Below, piece after piece: positions 36,413-46,874 of a DNA stretch of 64,000 nucleotides; position 1 is the first letter of the stretch, and each line of letters opens with the position of its first letter. The stretch is from a virus, in the IMG/VR virus record IMGVR_UViG_3300027877_000005; one strand, 5' to 3'. A model generated the notes under the pieces. That model made no database searches. It saw nothing but the letters and a program-made list of their open reading frames with translations, and was not told the origin of the DNA. Made by a program: the position numbers and the translations under genes.

Positions 36413-37128
36413 AGTACATCAATTCCCATTTCTAATTTTTGATACTCTGTCTTTAGTCTGTCTTTTAATGTTGGTCTAACATTATTATATGCATCAAAAT
36501 TTTTGAAAGCGGGGGTTTTAAATCTATCATCTTTGAATGTAGCTAGATAAATGGACATATCATAAAAGCTATTATTCATTTCTTCTTGGCAAAGTTTGTT
36601 TATAACTTCACCTTCATAAACTTTGTATAGTTCCTCTATTGGTCTTTCCTTTAGATAAGATAAGTCTAGTTCTTTTAGTTTAAAAGCCTCTTTATCTACC
36701 GCAGTTTTAAATTTTTCAGAATATTCATCTACAGCTTTTTGATATTCTTCCCATTTTTCTAGGTCATCGTCAGATGGCTCTTGAGGTTCTGGAACATCTA
36801 CATTTCTCATAGCACGTTGATAAATCTCTGGAGTTCTCAAGACCTCTATAGATTTTACAACTACTTCTGGGTCAGTGAAATCCTCCAATTCAGCAATAAG
36901 AGAAGTTCTCTCATCACTATCTTTTGTCTTTAATTTCTTTCTTAAATCTGATGCTTTTCTATATCCATATGCTCTGGACTTACCTAAATCAGCATCACCT
37001 AAAAGTCTCATATAGAACTTAACTTTCAATCCAGAATAAGCATCTTCAATTTCTACTTCCTTATTCCATTTAAAAAGTTCAGCAATATCTACATCATTCT
37101 TTTCTACATCTCTTAATTTGTCAGCCAT
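36385..37128 (-). CDS. Tail assembly chaperone (G-like)
   Basis: Between tail tube and tape measure; acidic and helical; slippery heptamer near the 3' end. Confidence 0.8.
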   Translation of the reverse strand: MADKLRDVEKNDVDIAELFKWNKEVEIEDAYSGLKVKFYMRLLGDADLGKSRAYGYRKASDLRKKLKTKDSDERTSLIAELEDFTDPEVVVKSIEVLRTPEIYQRAMRNVDVPEPQEPSDDDLEKWEEYQKAVDEYSEKFKTAVDKEAFKLKELDLSYLKERPIEELYKVYEGEVINKLCQEEMNNSFYDMSIYLATFKDDRFKTPAFKNFDAYNNVRPTLKDRLKTEYQKLEMGIDVLKKSPEATE

Positions 37129-37139
37129 TTTCCACTCCT

Positions 37140-37188
37140 ATAAAAGAAAAGGAACTATAACAGATTACTCTAATTATAGTCCCTTTTT
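37140..37188 (-). terminator. Intrinsic terminator/attenuator after the major tail gene
   Basis: 14-bp stem with a G-U pair on minus followed by TTTTCTTTT. Confidence 0.6.
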
Positions 37189-37220
37189 AACCTTTTACTA
37201 TAAATTTAATTTTTTAATTG

Positions 37221-38414
37221 TTAGGGCATAGCCCCGTTGTAAATCTTTAATTCACCTGTAGTTGATTTGAAATCGAATGTTTGTTGAGCATTTTGATTTA
37301 CGTTTGATGTAAATCCTTCATTAGTAATTGAAATTGAAGGCATGTACAAAGTCTTCAATACAGTATAAGGTGAAGTCTTATCTACTGGGTCTTGTAATTT
37401 TACAATTAGTGGAATACCACTTGCAGTAAATTCAGACACACCAAATTCTGTTATACCTGAAGGATTCAATTGACCTGTTGTTAACAATGCGATTAACTCT
37501 GTATCAGTATCCAAAACAGTAATTGTTCCAGTTACCGCAGGAATTTGTGCTTGGTAGCCAACAAGTTCTCTATTTCCCATTTCTTTAACCGCTTCGGGAT
37601 TGAATGTACCATTGATTGTTACTGATTGGACTCTTTCGATTCCACCAGCACCAATAACTACAGGAACATCCATACCTCTAATTGCGGCTGGCATGGTATT
37701 ATCAGTTGAATCTGTCCAGTTAAGTCCTGCTGGAGCAGCTTGATATACTGCAATACATTGAGTTACTCTGGCATCACCAGTTGTCAATGATGTACCAGAA
37801 ATTGAGTATTCCCCAGTTCCTGGTGCAGATGGTTTTTCTGTTAGATAAACTCCATCAAGAATTACTGATAATGCTTTATTACCGTCTTTCAAAACTACTG
37901 GAGTTTGTGTCAATGTGAATGTAGTTGACCCAGTTACAAACTTGTCAACAATAACATCATTCTTGAACCATCTTTTCTTTGTACCAATTGTAGTATATTC
38001 TTCAGTTGATTCTCCATCTACTGTATAAGTAAATGTAAAATCTCTAATTACACAACGTCTAGCATGTGCCGCTTTTACATAGTCTTCAACTGTATCGCTT
38101 TTAATATTAACGATAATATCAACATCTTTTAATTCTGTGATACTTACACCAGAAGCTGGGTACGCTGTCGCATCTTTCCCTGTCAAAACAGAGAATAATT
38201 TAACTCCTACATCCATAGCTTGGAAAGTTACGGTGATTGCAGGAATGTCTTCGATTGTACCAGCATGTAGTCTATTACCTAATTCATCAATATCTGTTGA
38301 AGGTCTGTCTGCTGTTACAGATAGTCTTTGTACTCTAGGGAATGTTAACGCATCTCTTGGGCCTACAACTTTTAGCTCTACAGCCTTTGATGGAATTGCT
38401 ATTCTTCTAGCCAT
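37221..38414 (-). CDS. Major tail (tube) protein
   Basis: 397 aa, beta-rich, VQRLSV...IDELG and VQSVTI...VKEMG paired motifs; synteny. Confidence 0.8.
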   Translation of the reverse strand: MARRIAIPSKAVELKVVGPRDALTFPRVQRLSVTADRPSTDIDELGNRLHAGTIEDIPAITVTFQAMDVGVKLFSVLTGKDATAYPASGVSITELKDVDIIVNIKSDTVEDYVKAAHARRCVIRDFTFTYTVDGESTEEYTTIGTKKRWFKNDVIVDKFVTGSTTFTLTQTPVVLKDGNKALSVILDGVYLTEKPSAPGTGEYSISGTSLTTGDARVTQCIAVYQAAPAGLNWTDSTDNTMPAAIRGMDVPVVIGAGGIERVQSVTINGTFNPEAVKEMGNRELVGYQAQIPAVTGTITVLDTDTELIALLTTGQLNPSGITEFGVSEFTASGIPLIVKLQDPVDKTSPYTVLKTLYMPSISITNEGFTSNVNQNAQQTFDFKSTTGELKIYNGAMP

Positions 38415-38426
38415 TATAGAGACCTC

Positions 38427-38882
38427 CTAAGTAATACTTTCGTATTCTGTCATAAATTTTATACTTGTTCTCCAATAAAGTCTTTCTGTTAAATCTGGAA
38501 AAACTCTAGTTGGAGTAGCTATTAAAGTGTTTGGTTTTATTTTCAGCATCCCAATTTGAGGAACTGCTGTTGGTGGAAATCCTTGGTCATAATCATAAAC
38601 TGGAATATTTGTTTCCACACTATCCATGATAACATAAGTTATTTCGTCACGTTGATTTTTGTTATCACCATAGATTTCTACATTCCAAACTCTGTTTCTT
38701 AACCCATGTCTATTTCCTAATTCTAGCGGCCTTGAAAATATCTCATTACCAACTACTGACACTGAGGGAAGCGTCAATTCGGCATTGGGGTAATCATCAG
38801 TTATATGTATACTGGGATAGCCAGATAAGGTATCCCTTATATAATAGTATACACTTAAATTCTGTTTTATGTCTAAGTTCAT
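38427..38882 (-). CDS. Tail terminator / completion protein
   Basis: LPSVSV, VEIYG...QRDEI pattern; upstream of the tail tube. Confidence 0.65.
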   Translation of the reverse strand: MNLDIKQNLSVYYYIRDTLSGYPSIHITDDYPNAELTLPSVSVVGNEIFSRPLELGNRHGLRNRVWNVEIYGDNKNQRDEITYVIMDSVETNIPVYDYDQGFPPTAVPQIGMLKIKPNTLIATPTRVFPDLTERLYWRTSIKFMTEYESIT

Positions 38883-39769
38883 TTAATTTTTCTCCGACCT
38901 ACAATACCGCCTTTAGTTCTTATAACCTTATATTTTCTTCCATCTTCCAAACTTGTATAGATTCCCCATATATATCCAGGAGGATATTCCTCTGGTCTAT
39001 TCTGTAAATCTAATACTGCTTGGTCGAACAAGTTCGTTGCTTCTTTTTGAAACTCTATATTTATTTCTTCGATTTCTTCAGAAACCTGTGCTTGTTCAGA
39101 TTTTTTTTCAAATAATCTTTGTTCTATATCATCTGTTATTCTGTAAGCCGAATGTGATAAAAAATGACTTGCAGCAAATTGTGGATATGCATACTTATAT
39201 TCAAGATTACCATGCTCTAAAAAGTACCAATAGGGGGCTAAATCTCCCCACGTATGGAATCTGGCAGAAATAGTTTCACTGTATGCATCTAAGTTACGCC
39301 ATACTATATTACGCCAGTACCAGTATGACCTGTTCTTTTCCATAAGTCCTTCCCCACCTGTTACTTCAAGCTCTTCTCTTGCAGCATCTATTCCTTCTTG
39401 AAAATCATTAGCACTTCCAGCTATCTGTTCAAAAATATCATAGATTCCATAAACTCCATAATTTACTATCGCCATTAAAATGTCATCAATATTATTTATT
39501 ATAATATTGTTAAGATTCTCAAGAAATTTTATATTTCTTCCAAATTCTCTACTATTTACAGCATTATATGTATTATCAAGAAGTATGTTAAGATAAAAAG
39601 TACTATTTTCTGCTAGAATTTGCATTTGTAATTCTTTATCAGTATAGTTTATCACCTCTTCTCCTCTTTTACTTCTTTCATATTTATTAATTTGCTCTAG
39701 TTCACGCTGTCCTTTTTGAGCTGCTCTTGATAACATTTTTGTATTTTTATCAATATATTCTCTAAACAT
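38879..39769 (-). CDS. Putative neck / tail-completion protein (HK97 gp10-like position)
   Basis: YWYFLEHG motif; synteny. Confidence 0.5.
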   Translation of the reverse strand: MFREYIDKNTKMLSRAAQKGQRELEQINKYERSKRGEEVINYTDKELQMQILAENSTFYLNILLDNTYNAVNSREFGRNIKFLENLNNIIINNIDDILMAIVNYGVYGIYDIFEQIAGSANDFQEGIDAAREELEVTGGEGLMEKNRSYWYWRNIVWRNLDAYSETISARFHTWGDLAPYWYFLEHGNLEYKYAYPQFAASHFLSHSAYRITDDIEQRLFEKKSEQAQVSEEIEEINIEFQKEATNLFDQAVLDLQNRPEEYPPGYIWGIYTSLEDGRKYKVIRTKGGIVGRRKIK

Positions 39770-39770
39770 C

Positions 39771-40004
39771 TTATTTCATCACTAGACCTTCAACATCTCC
39801 AAAAAGAATTCTAAGATAAGAACGTGTATAATCATTCATCCCATCAAGAATAACTTTACGAATAAATTTAAATTCTTTGCTATTCTTTGGGAACATTAAT
39901 TCAACATCACTTAACATAATTGCAACAAACTTGTCTTTCTTATTTTCAATTACGTTTAAAGCGTCAACTAAGTCCAAACCTTCTATTATAATTTCTCCTG
40001 CCAT
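39771..40004 (-). CDS. Hypothetical protein
   Basis: 77-aa ORF in the structural operon. Confidence 0.7.
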   Translation of the reverse strand: MAGEIIIEGLDLVDALNVIENKKDKFVAIMLSDVELMFPKNSKEFKFIRKVILDGMNDYTRSYLRILFGDVEGLVMK

Positions 40005-40018
40005 AATATCCTTCCTTT

Positions 40019-40456
40019 TTATTCTTGCTCTTTTAGTGTTATAACTATCCTATTTATATTGGGTACTCCACGATATGAAACATCTTCTTGTAAATAAATT
40101 TTACTATCCACCATATAATGAACTGCATGTTCAACTGCATATAAATTTGTTGGATTATATTTTATTTGTACAAGTGCCTCTCCCTTTCTTATATACCCTC
40201 CCGCTACTCTCCAAGGTAAGTCAATCTCACCTATAGCTACATGTGCATTTACAATATAGCCTGAAGTAGTATTTATCCAATAAGTACCCCCACATGTTGG
40301 ACAAAATGGGTCAGTAGATAAATTAGAGACAGGGTTTAAACTACATACCGAACACGGAATTCCTGATACAGTAACAAGAATAGTTATGTCTCTTCCTATT
40401 GCATCTCTGATAGCATCAATAATTGTTGTTGTATTACTAGGCCAAAATATTGTCAT
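40019..40456 (-). CDS. Putative head-closure (stopper) protein with Cys motif
   Basis: CSVC...CPTCGGT insert; synteny after the adaptor. Confidence 0.55.
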   Translation of the reverse strand: MTIFWPSNTTTIIDAIRDAIGRDITILVTVSGIPCSVCSLNPVSNLSTDPFCPTCGGTYWINTTSGYIVNAHVAIGEIDLPWRVAGGYIRKGEALVQIKYNPTNLYAVEHAVHYMVDSKIYLQEDVSYRGVPNINRIVITLKEQE

Positions 40457-41661
40457 TATTTTTCCTTCATGGCTAATTGAAATATCTTTTCAAATTCTTT
40501 GGCTACATTTGACCACTTGTATTGAGGCTGTTGAGTAAGTTCATAGGCTCTTTTGCCATATGCCTGTATTTCAGCACCACCGTTGTATTTCCAATCATGA
40601 TATGCCCATTCTAGTGAGCTTATCAATGCTCTGATATCTACAACTTCTCCAACCGTATTAACCCTTTCAATCATCTGAGGCATTACTGTAGGAAGCATCT
40701 TGGCAGTTTTTTCTGTCCATACTTCTCTCAAAGCAGAGTGACTTGGAAGGATTTGCATCTTACCAGTTGCAGCATGTTCCCAGTTAACCAACCCCCAACC
40801 CTCACCTAATGATGTATTTATGCCTACATCGGTAGCGTTATAAATAACATTGAGCTGGTCATCAAATACACTTGGAATTTTATCCGCTGTAGTAGACAGA
40901 ATCAACTTATTGTCGAATCCATATCTTAGTGACAACTCAACTACATTTACTCCTAAATCTTGCACCCCCATGTGTAAATATAATTTAGCATCTGGTTTAT
41001 TCCTTTGAAATTCTGCAAAAGCCCACATCGTTATATCAATTCTTTTTCTTGGTTGGTTTCTATTTCCATTGAATATGATAAATGAATTTAGAAACTCTTC
41101 CATTTTATCTTCGGGATATAACTGCTGTCTAGCCATTGTTGGGTCAATTGGATAAAAAGTTTTTGCAGAAATGCCATGTGGAACAATATGGAATTTCTCC
41201 TCTGTGACGTTAGGTGTTCTTGTAGCTAAAACAACGTCTTTTCCAAATTGTGTATAAACACAAACTCTATTTACAATATCAAAGTGCTTATAAAAACTTG
41301 GGCTATGCTCTCTAGCATCCACTGGAAAATATGTTACAATTGGTGGAGCATCCTTCATTCCTGATTTCTTAATTTCTCCTAGATACATATCAATAACCCA
41401 AGGGTCATTTATCATAAAGATAAAATTTGGTTTCAATATGTTAATCAGAGGAATTATTCTACCAAGACCATAAACATCTCCACCTAAACTAGCGGGATAA
41501 ATTTTATGCTTATAATTATGAGGGTCTCCAAAATAATTTATCCCTAGATGATGTATCTCATAATTCTCTGGTAATTCATTAATTATTGAATGTGCAACCC
41601 TAGCAAATCCTGTTGCTGCAACTGCGTCAGAAATCCATAATACTTTTATTTTGTCTTTCAT
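40456..41661 (-). CDS. Glycosyltransferase family 4 (GT-B)
   Basis: KVLWISD...TGFARV, GNRNQPRKRID, NATDVGINTSLGEGWGL...E (EX7E). Confidence 0.9.
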   Translation of the reverse strand: MKDKIKVLWISDAVAATGFARVAHSIINELPENYEIHHLGINYFGDPHNYKHKIYPASLGGDVYGLGRIIPLINILKPNFIFMINDPWVIDMYLGEIKKSGMKDAPPIVTYFPVDAREHSPSFYKHFDIVNRVCVYTQFGKDVVLATRTPNVTEEKFHIVPHGISAKTFYPIDPTMARQQLYPEDKMEEFLNSFIIFNGNRNQPRKRIDITMWAFAEFQRNKPDAKLYLHMGVQDLGVNVVELSLRYGFDNKLILSTTADKIPSVFDDQLNVIYNATDVGINTSLGEGWGLVNWEHAATGKMQILPSHSALREVWTEKTAKMLPTVMPQMIERVNTVGEVVDIRALISSLEWAYHDWKYNGGAEIQAYGKRAYELTQQPQYKWSNVAKEFEKIFQLAMKEK

Positions 41662-41673
41662 AAAACCCTTCCT

Positions 41674-42165
41674 TTATTCTTTGTTATCTACAAATGTTTT
41701 ATATTCGTCACCTTGACCAAATTCGTCTATATTTCCAATATACCCAGGCAAGTGACCTTTTACTGCACCTGCCAATTTTTTGTTTGGTGGTGGTAAGAGT
41801 TGAGTTAATTCTTCCCAATCTCTTCGTAACGATTCAGATTTGTTTCTACCACCTTCTATGTTTGAGAAAGAAATCTCAGCATCACGCCAAGAACCTACAT
41901 TCCAAGAAAAATTTTCTAAGCTTCCGCTTTTCAAAATTATGGAAGCCATTAATATAATAGGTTGAATATCTCTTCTTTCTATATCTGGAGAAACTCTATC
42001 ATCATTATCAATTTGATACTTATCAGCCCACCAACGTTGTAAAGCATCTACAGATGCTATCAAGGAGGCATGTAACCATTCATCTAGATATTTATAACTA
42101 GCTGGGTCTAAGTCTCCTAGCTTCAATCTTAATCGTGGGATAAGGTAATTTAAATCTGTAGCCAT
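41674..42165 (-). CDS. Head-tail adaptor protein
   Basis: LIPRLRLKLGD, YKYLDEWL pattern; position after the capsid gene. Confidence 0.6.
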   Translation of the reverse strand: MATDLNYLIPRLRLKLGDLDPASYKYLDEWLHASLIASVDALQRWWADKYQIDNDDRVSPDIERRDIQPIILMASIILKSGSLENFSWNVGSWRDAEISFSNIEGGRNKSESLRRDWEELTQLLPPPNKKLAGAVKGHLPGYIGNIDEFGQGDEYKTFVDNKE

Positions 42166-42638
42166 TATTCATACTTTTCCAATTCAATTTGAGATATTCT
42201 CTCTTCCAGATGTTTAATAATTTTTTCAGATTTTTCTAGCTCTCTGGCTCTATTCAAAAGTCTTAATATAGGTGCAGTATCTGTGAACTTATCTAATCTA
42301 GCTCTGAGTGCCATATATTTTCCATCTAGAAGTTTATCAATTTCATCATCTGAAAGTTGGTTTGGGGATGGAGGTGGTGGCTCTGGGGCCTTTGCCAACT
42401 TTACAACCCTTCCAGCTTCTAGATGACTTCTATTCATTCTTTCAAAAAATACAAGTTGTTTAACATCCCATAATTCTATATAGGCTTTATCACTATCACC
42501 TTCAAGTAAAACCCCTTCTGGTTCTTCCGAAAAGGGGTTAAGCGCAACAACATGCACCTTTCCTACAATAGTCTTTTTGTACCTAGCAAGCGGTTCTTTT
42601 CCCTCTTGCATGGCAGCATATAAATCTAAATCCGACAT
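42165..42638 (-). CDS. Hypothetical head-associated protein
   Basis: 157-aa ORF immediately after the capsid gene. Confidence 0.7.
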   Translation of the reverse strand: MSDLDLYAAMQEGKEPLARYKKTIVGKVHVVALNPFSEEPEGVLLEGDSDKAYIELWDVKQLVFFERMNRSHLEAGRVVKLAKAPEPPPPSPNQLSDDEIDKLLDGKYMALRARLDKFTDTAPILRLLNRARELEKSEKIIKHLEERISQIELEKYE

Positions 42639-42706
42639 AATATATTACTCCTTTTTTAATTTTTAGAGGGGGAGGATTTTAACCCTCCCCCTGCATTGTT
42701 TTATAA

Positions 42707-43712
42707 TTAGCTTGCAGTTACGTTGTTCAACATATAAATACCTTGAGCATTATCAATAATCATTCCGAATTGTTGATAAAGTTCCAACATCCATTGTGGA
42801 GGTGTGGGATTCATATCTGACCATTGTTTCTGTTTTACATCACCGTAAGTAATAAACTCACCTACGCTATCACCAATAACAAGAACATACGTATCAGGAA
42901 TCATCTTCTGATAGTCTTCTGGATTGTTATAAACTTGGTCAATTGCTACGATAGGAACACCGTAGAATACACCAATTTTACCAGTATTTAAAATTTCATT
43001 TACTTTGTCATCTGATGTTACATAGTTTGTACCATCTTTACTCCAAAATCCAGCGAATTTGGAAATAGGGGTAATAACAGAACGTGCACCAACAATTGCT
43101 TTTGCACCAGAAGTTGTCTGATTAATTCTGTTAATAGCAGTAATCAAAGCGGTATCAGTTAAGAGAACGTGCACCAACAATTGCTTTTGCACCAGAAGTT
43201 GTCTGATTAATTCTGTTAATAGCAGTAATCAAAGCGGTATCAGTTAAGACACCACCTACAGATGTATAGTTTAATGGGGTGTTACCAGCAGTCCAGATTG
43301 TTCCTAAAGAAGTAAAGATTTTATTGAAATAGTAGTCTTTTAATTTAGCTGCCATTTCTGCTTTAATATCTGCAATAGTACCAATCTCTCCGCTTTCCAT
43401 TTCCCATTCATTATAAGTAACTTTTACGTCAGCACCATCTAATACATAGTTGATTCTTTCTGATACAGTGATTTCTGTAGCTAAATGCACAGCACCAGGA
43501 ACTAATGTTCTAACTTTAATGCCTTTTCTAACTTTCTTTACAAGGCTGTCTCCTGGTTTTAATGCTCTGGTATTCAAAAGATTACCAACAATTTGTCCTG
43601 TTAAATGGTTTGGCTGAACGTATTCAACGATAATGCTGGCTAGTGCATCTCTTTGTGATTTGTCTTTAACCATAGAAGCAATAGCTTCTTGAATTTTCTT
43701 TTCATCAGCCAT
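42707..43712 (-). CDS. Major capsid protein (HK97 fold inferred), split by an 85-bp tandem duplication
   Basis: Two ORFs share TDTALITAINRINQTTSGAKAIVGARS; removing one copy gives a single 306-aa ORF; synteny. Confidence 0.85.
43079..43248. repeat. Exact 85-bp tandem duplication
   Basis: 43079-43163 identical to 43164-43248. Confidence 0.95.
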
Positions 43713-43735
43713 AAGTAGTACTCTCCTTTATAATT

Positions 43736-44314
43736 TTATAGAGTTCTGAAGGTTAATGAACCGTCTTCAGAATTGAACCGCTCAACAATAGCGATAGTAC
43801 CACCACTACTGTAAGCTAATTTACCAGCTTCTGCTGCTGTGTCATCAGCGACATTCAAAACTTCTAGTGGAGCACCTGCTGCCATAATTCCAGCAGCAAA
43901 TACAAATCCACCTGAAGGTACAGTGAATACGCCTCTGTCAAAAGCTAAAGCTTGATAACCTGATGGGATTGTTTGCCCATTTTGGTTCCCTGGGTAAGTT
44001 AAATAAATTTTAGAAGTGAATGGAACGTTCCCAACTTGGTCCCAACCACCTTGTCTCAATGACCAGTTATAGGCTGGCATTGGAACTAACATTTTGATGT
44101 CGTCTGTAACTTGTGAGTTACTTACAGGCCAAGTAATAATATACTTAGCTTTTCCGGCTTCTGTGCTGTTGATAGGAACTCTTGCACCCATTAGGTCTGC
44201 TCTACTACCAAAATCATAGCTAGAAGAGTGGCTAGTAAGAATAACCATACGCCCTTCGACAACATCACCACATGCTATAACGCCTATAATATCAGTGTAT
44301 TTGTTGATTTCCAT
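43736..44314 (-). CDS. Putative capsid decoration / minor head protein
   Basis: 192 aa between scaffold and capsid genes. Confidence 0.55.
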   Translation of the reverse strand: MEINKYTDIIGVIACGDVVEGRMVILTSHSSSYDFGSRADLMGARVPINSTEAGKAKYIITWPVSNSQVTDDIKMLVPMPAYNWSLRQGGWDQVGNVPFTSKIYLTYPGNQNGQTIPSGYQALAFDRGVFTVPSGGFVFAAGIMAAGAPLEVLNVADDTAAEAGKLAYSSGGTIAIVERFNSEDGSLTFRTL

Positions 44315-44329
44315 AGCTAATATCGCTCC

Positions 44330-45340
44330 TTATTTTTTATCACTTTTATTTAGATATTCAATAATATCTTTAGGGGTAACATCACCGACTTCTTTTGTCT
44401 TAATAGGAGGAACAGTTGTTGTAGTAATACTAATTGAAGCTTTTCCATCTTCTACTGGTTTAAAAGCAGCGATTAATTCTTGAATAAAGAATTCAAGCTG
44501 TTCGTCTTTCATTTCTGCAAAAGTTTCTGCTCTCTCATTAAAATAGTCATCTGTAATATTTAGATTAGCGTCTACAAATTTTTGTCTAAGTGCAGAAAGT
44601 TTAATTTTCTTAGCTTCTGCTTCTTCAATTGTTTGTTTATATTGAGCTAATTCATCGTACTTAGGTTTTAATTCATTTAATTCTTTTTGGACTGAATCTA
44701 AACTAGCTTGCAATTCTGCAAGCTTTTCATCATGTTTTTGTTTTTGTTCATCCATTAGTTTATTGTGTTCAGTTAATTCAATAGTGTCCATCGAATCTCC
44801 TTCTATTCCTTTTGAAGATAACGCAAGTGTTGTGGTTCTACCTTGATATGCAGGAATCCCTACAATAGTAGCTGCGTTCATAGATACGTTTTTTAATGTT
44901 GTACCCTCATCTTCCGCTATCTCATCTGTATAAGTTAATTCCCAAGAAATATCAATACTCTTTCCCTCATTGTATCGTTTCTTTAAGAATTCTACATCTT
45001 CATGTCTTTCTCTATCCCATAATGCCGCTAGTGCTTGTATTGAATTGTTTTCTGTTTTCAAATGAGTCATGACACCTAGAGGAAATGTTTCATCATGTCC
45101 TTCGGATATTTCTCCTACTGCCATTTTCAAGGGCATGAATAAGCCTGTCTTCAAAACATTAGCAAATTCTTCTCTAGGAATTCTTTGCCGATTGGCATTG
45201 TATCCATCATCTGTTAAAGAAAACTTCATCCAAGCAACATTTGGATTTAAAGAAATGGATGCAGAGGCAGCCATCTCATCTATCTCCAATTTATCTATCA
45301 TTAATTTTACATCTTTTGCTTGTATTGTGATGGTTTTCAT
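44330..45340 (-). CDS. Prohead protease/scaffold-like protein
   Basis: Globular N-terminal half plus coiled-coil C-terminal half; after the portal. Confidence 0.65.
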   Translation of the reverse strand: MKTITIQAKDVKLMIDKLEIDEMAASASISLNPNVAWMKFSLTDDGYNANRQRIPREEFANVLKTGLFMPLKMAVGEISEGHDETFPLGVMTHLKTENNSIQALAALWDRERHEDVEFLKKRYNEGKSIDISWELTYTDEIAEDEGTTLKNVSMNAATIVGIPAYQGRTTTLALSSKGIEGDSMDTIELTEHNKLMDEQKQKHDEKLAELQASLDSVQKELNELKPKYDELAQYKQTIEEAEAKKIKLSALRQKFVDANLNITDDYFNERAETFAEMKDEQLEFFIQELIAAFKPVEDGKASISITTTTVPPIKTKEVGDVTPKDIIEYLNKSDKK

Positions 45341-45356
45341 ATATTATTTACCTCTT

Positions 45357-46874
45357 TTAGGCCTGTTTGCCGTTTTGATTACCTGAAGGTGCGCCAGGTG
45401 CTTTCTTTGGTTTTGGTGCAACGGTAGTTTTTCCAGGTACTGGACTACCAGGTACAATAGGAGCAGGAGTTGTGTCTTCTAACTCATAATCTTTTAATAA
45501 TTGTTGCTCTTCTTTTCTATATTCTAGTTCTTGTGATAAATCAAATCCATAAGATTCAGTAAATGATTTTCTAGACAAGTTACCAGTATCGTATAATTTT
45601 TGTACACCTTCGTAGAATAATCTTAATCCTAATAAATTTATAGGTTTAAATTTTATATCTGGTAAAGGACTTACCAAATTATTCTTTTCTTTTACTTCGT
45701 AATATATATGATTTATAATAGGTAATAAATCATCTCTAATAGTTTCCATTGTACTAGTAGGAGAAAGGGTAGAAATTTCTGGGTCACTTGTAAATGACCG
45801 TTCTGTTTCACCTGTGATTAATATTCTTGGAAATCCTAATGCTAGAATAATATCTTTGTTTACTGAATTATATTTACTATCATTCAATAGGGCTTCTACA
45901 TCAGGGAATATCCAATTTAATTCTACTGTATGGTTAGTGAATAGAGTAAATACCCTTTCTATATCATCCATACTAAATCCTTCTCTCCAATGAAACTTTG
46001 TTTCCAAATCATCTAACACATCTTGTTGGTCTTCCGTTAATGGGAACTCATCACTACCCGCTGTAACGTGCAAGATAGCACTAATTACTCTTGCAGCGAT
46101 AGAGTAATCCATTCTCAATAGATTTCTTTTGTGTTTGAATGATTCCAATCCTGGGTATAAATAAGGGATTGGATATTGTGAATCAGAAAGAATAGTTGAT
46201 TTCACAATAAGAGGATTGTCCAATAAGATTTTCTTTTCTCCAGCTACCACCTTTGCTACAAAATCAGGATATAGTTTTGCTATCTCCTGATATAATTCTT
46301 TGTCCACAGACCCATCATCGTATGTTCCCTTTGTTTGCAAGAACATTACTATATCATCAGGAATTTCTAAGAAATAAGATTCTTCGTCTGTGATGAAAGG
46401 TCTTTTGATTACTATATCTTGTGCATTTCTTAGCCACATCTTAGTTGGGTATAAAAGTGAATCCAATCTTTGAATTCCTTTTTCTCTCAACTGTTTTCTA
46501 TTAATAGTCTCTAATGTTATTTCTGGAACCACTAGACCAGTAGTTAAAAACTCTAGTGCTGCTTTTCTTAAGAATTTTATTACATCTCTTTTTAGAGATG
46601 AATAAATTTGATAATCAGTTTTAGAGATATTATTTTGTGGAATAATAATATCATTGATTGCCAATCCAACTATCTTTGTAACAACTGTAGTAGCGATTGG
46701 TTCATGTCTAAAAAAGAATCTACAGTCTTTTACAATTTTTTCAAAGTTATCATGGTCTTCAAATGAAATTTTATCTACTGAGTTAGAACCCCAAACACTA
46801 ACATAACTTCTATAACTAGACTGTGGCATAAAAAATGCTGCTTTTGCCAATTTTGTTTGTTTATTATTATCCAT
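45357..46874 (-). CDS. Portal protein
   Basis: ~505 aa directly after the terminase; GGAGG RBS before MDNNK; Pro/Lys tail. Confidence 0.8.
   Translation of the reverse strand: MDNNKQTKLAKAAFFMPQSSYRSYVSVWGSNSVDKISFEDHDNFEKIVKDCRFFFRHEPIATTVVTKIVGLAINDIIIPQNNISKTDYQIYSSLKRDVIKFLRKAALEFLTTGLVVPEITLETINRKQLREKGIQRLDSLLYPTKMWLRNAQDIVIKRPFITDEESYFLEIPDDIVMFLQTKGTYDDGSVDKELYQEIAKLYPDFVAKVVAGEKKILLDNPLIVKSTILSDSQYPIPYLYPGLESFKHKRNLLRMDYSIAARVISAILHVTAGSDEFPLTEDQQDVLDDLETKFHWREGFSMDDIERVFTLFTNHTVELNWIFPDVEALLNDSKYNSVNKDIILALGFPRILITGETERSFTSDPEISTLSPTSTMETIRDDLLPIINHIYYEVKEKNNLVSPLPDIKFKPINLLGLRLFYEGVQKLYDTGNLSRKSFTESYGFDLSQELEYRKEEQQLLKDYELEDTTPAPIVPGSPVPGKTTVAPKPKKAPGAPSGNQNGKQA

Noticed and set aside
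37221-40456. Contractile tail sheath gene
   Set aside because: No ORF of suitable size or motif lies between the neck and tube genes, so a myovirus morphotype is not supported
42667-42692. GC-rich hairpin after the capsid gene as an intrinsic terminator
   Set aside because: On the coding (minus) strand the stem is followed by an A-rich, not U-rich, tract; at most a stabilising or processing hairpin
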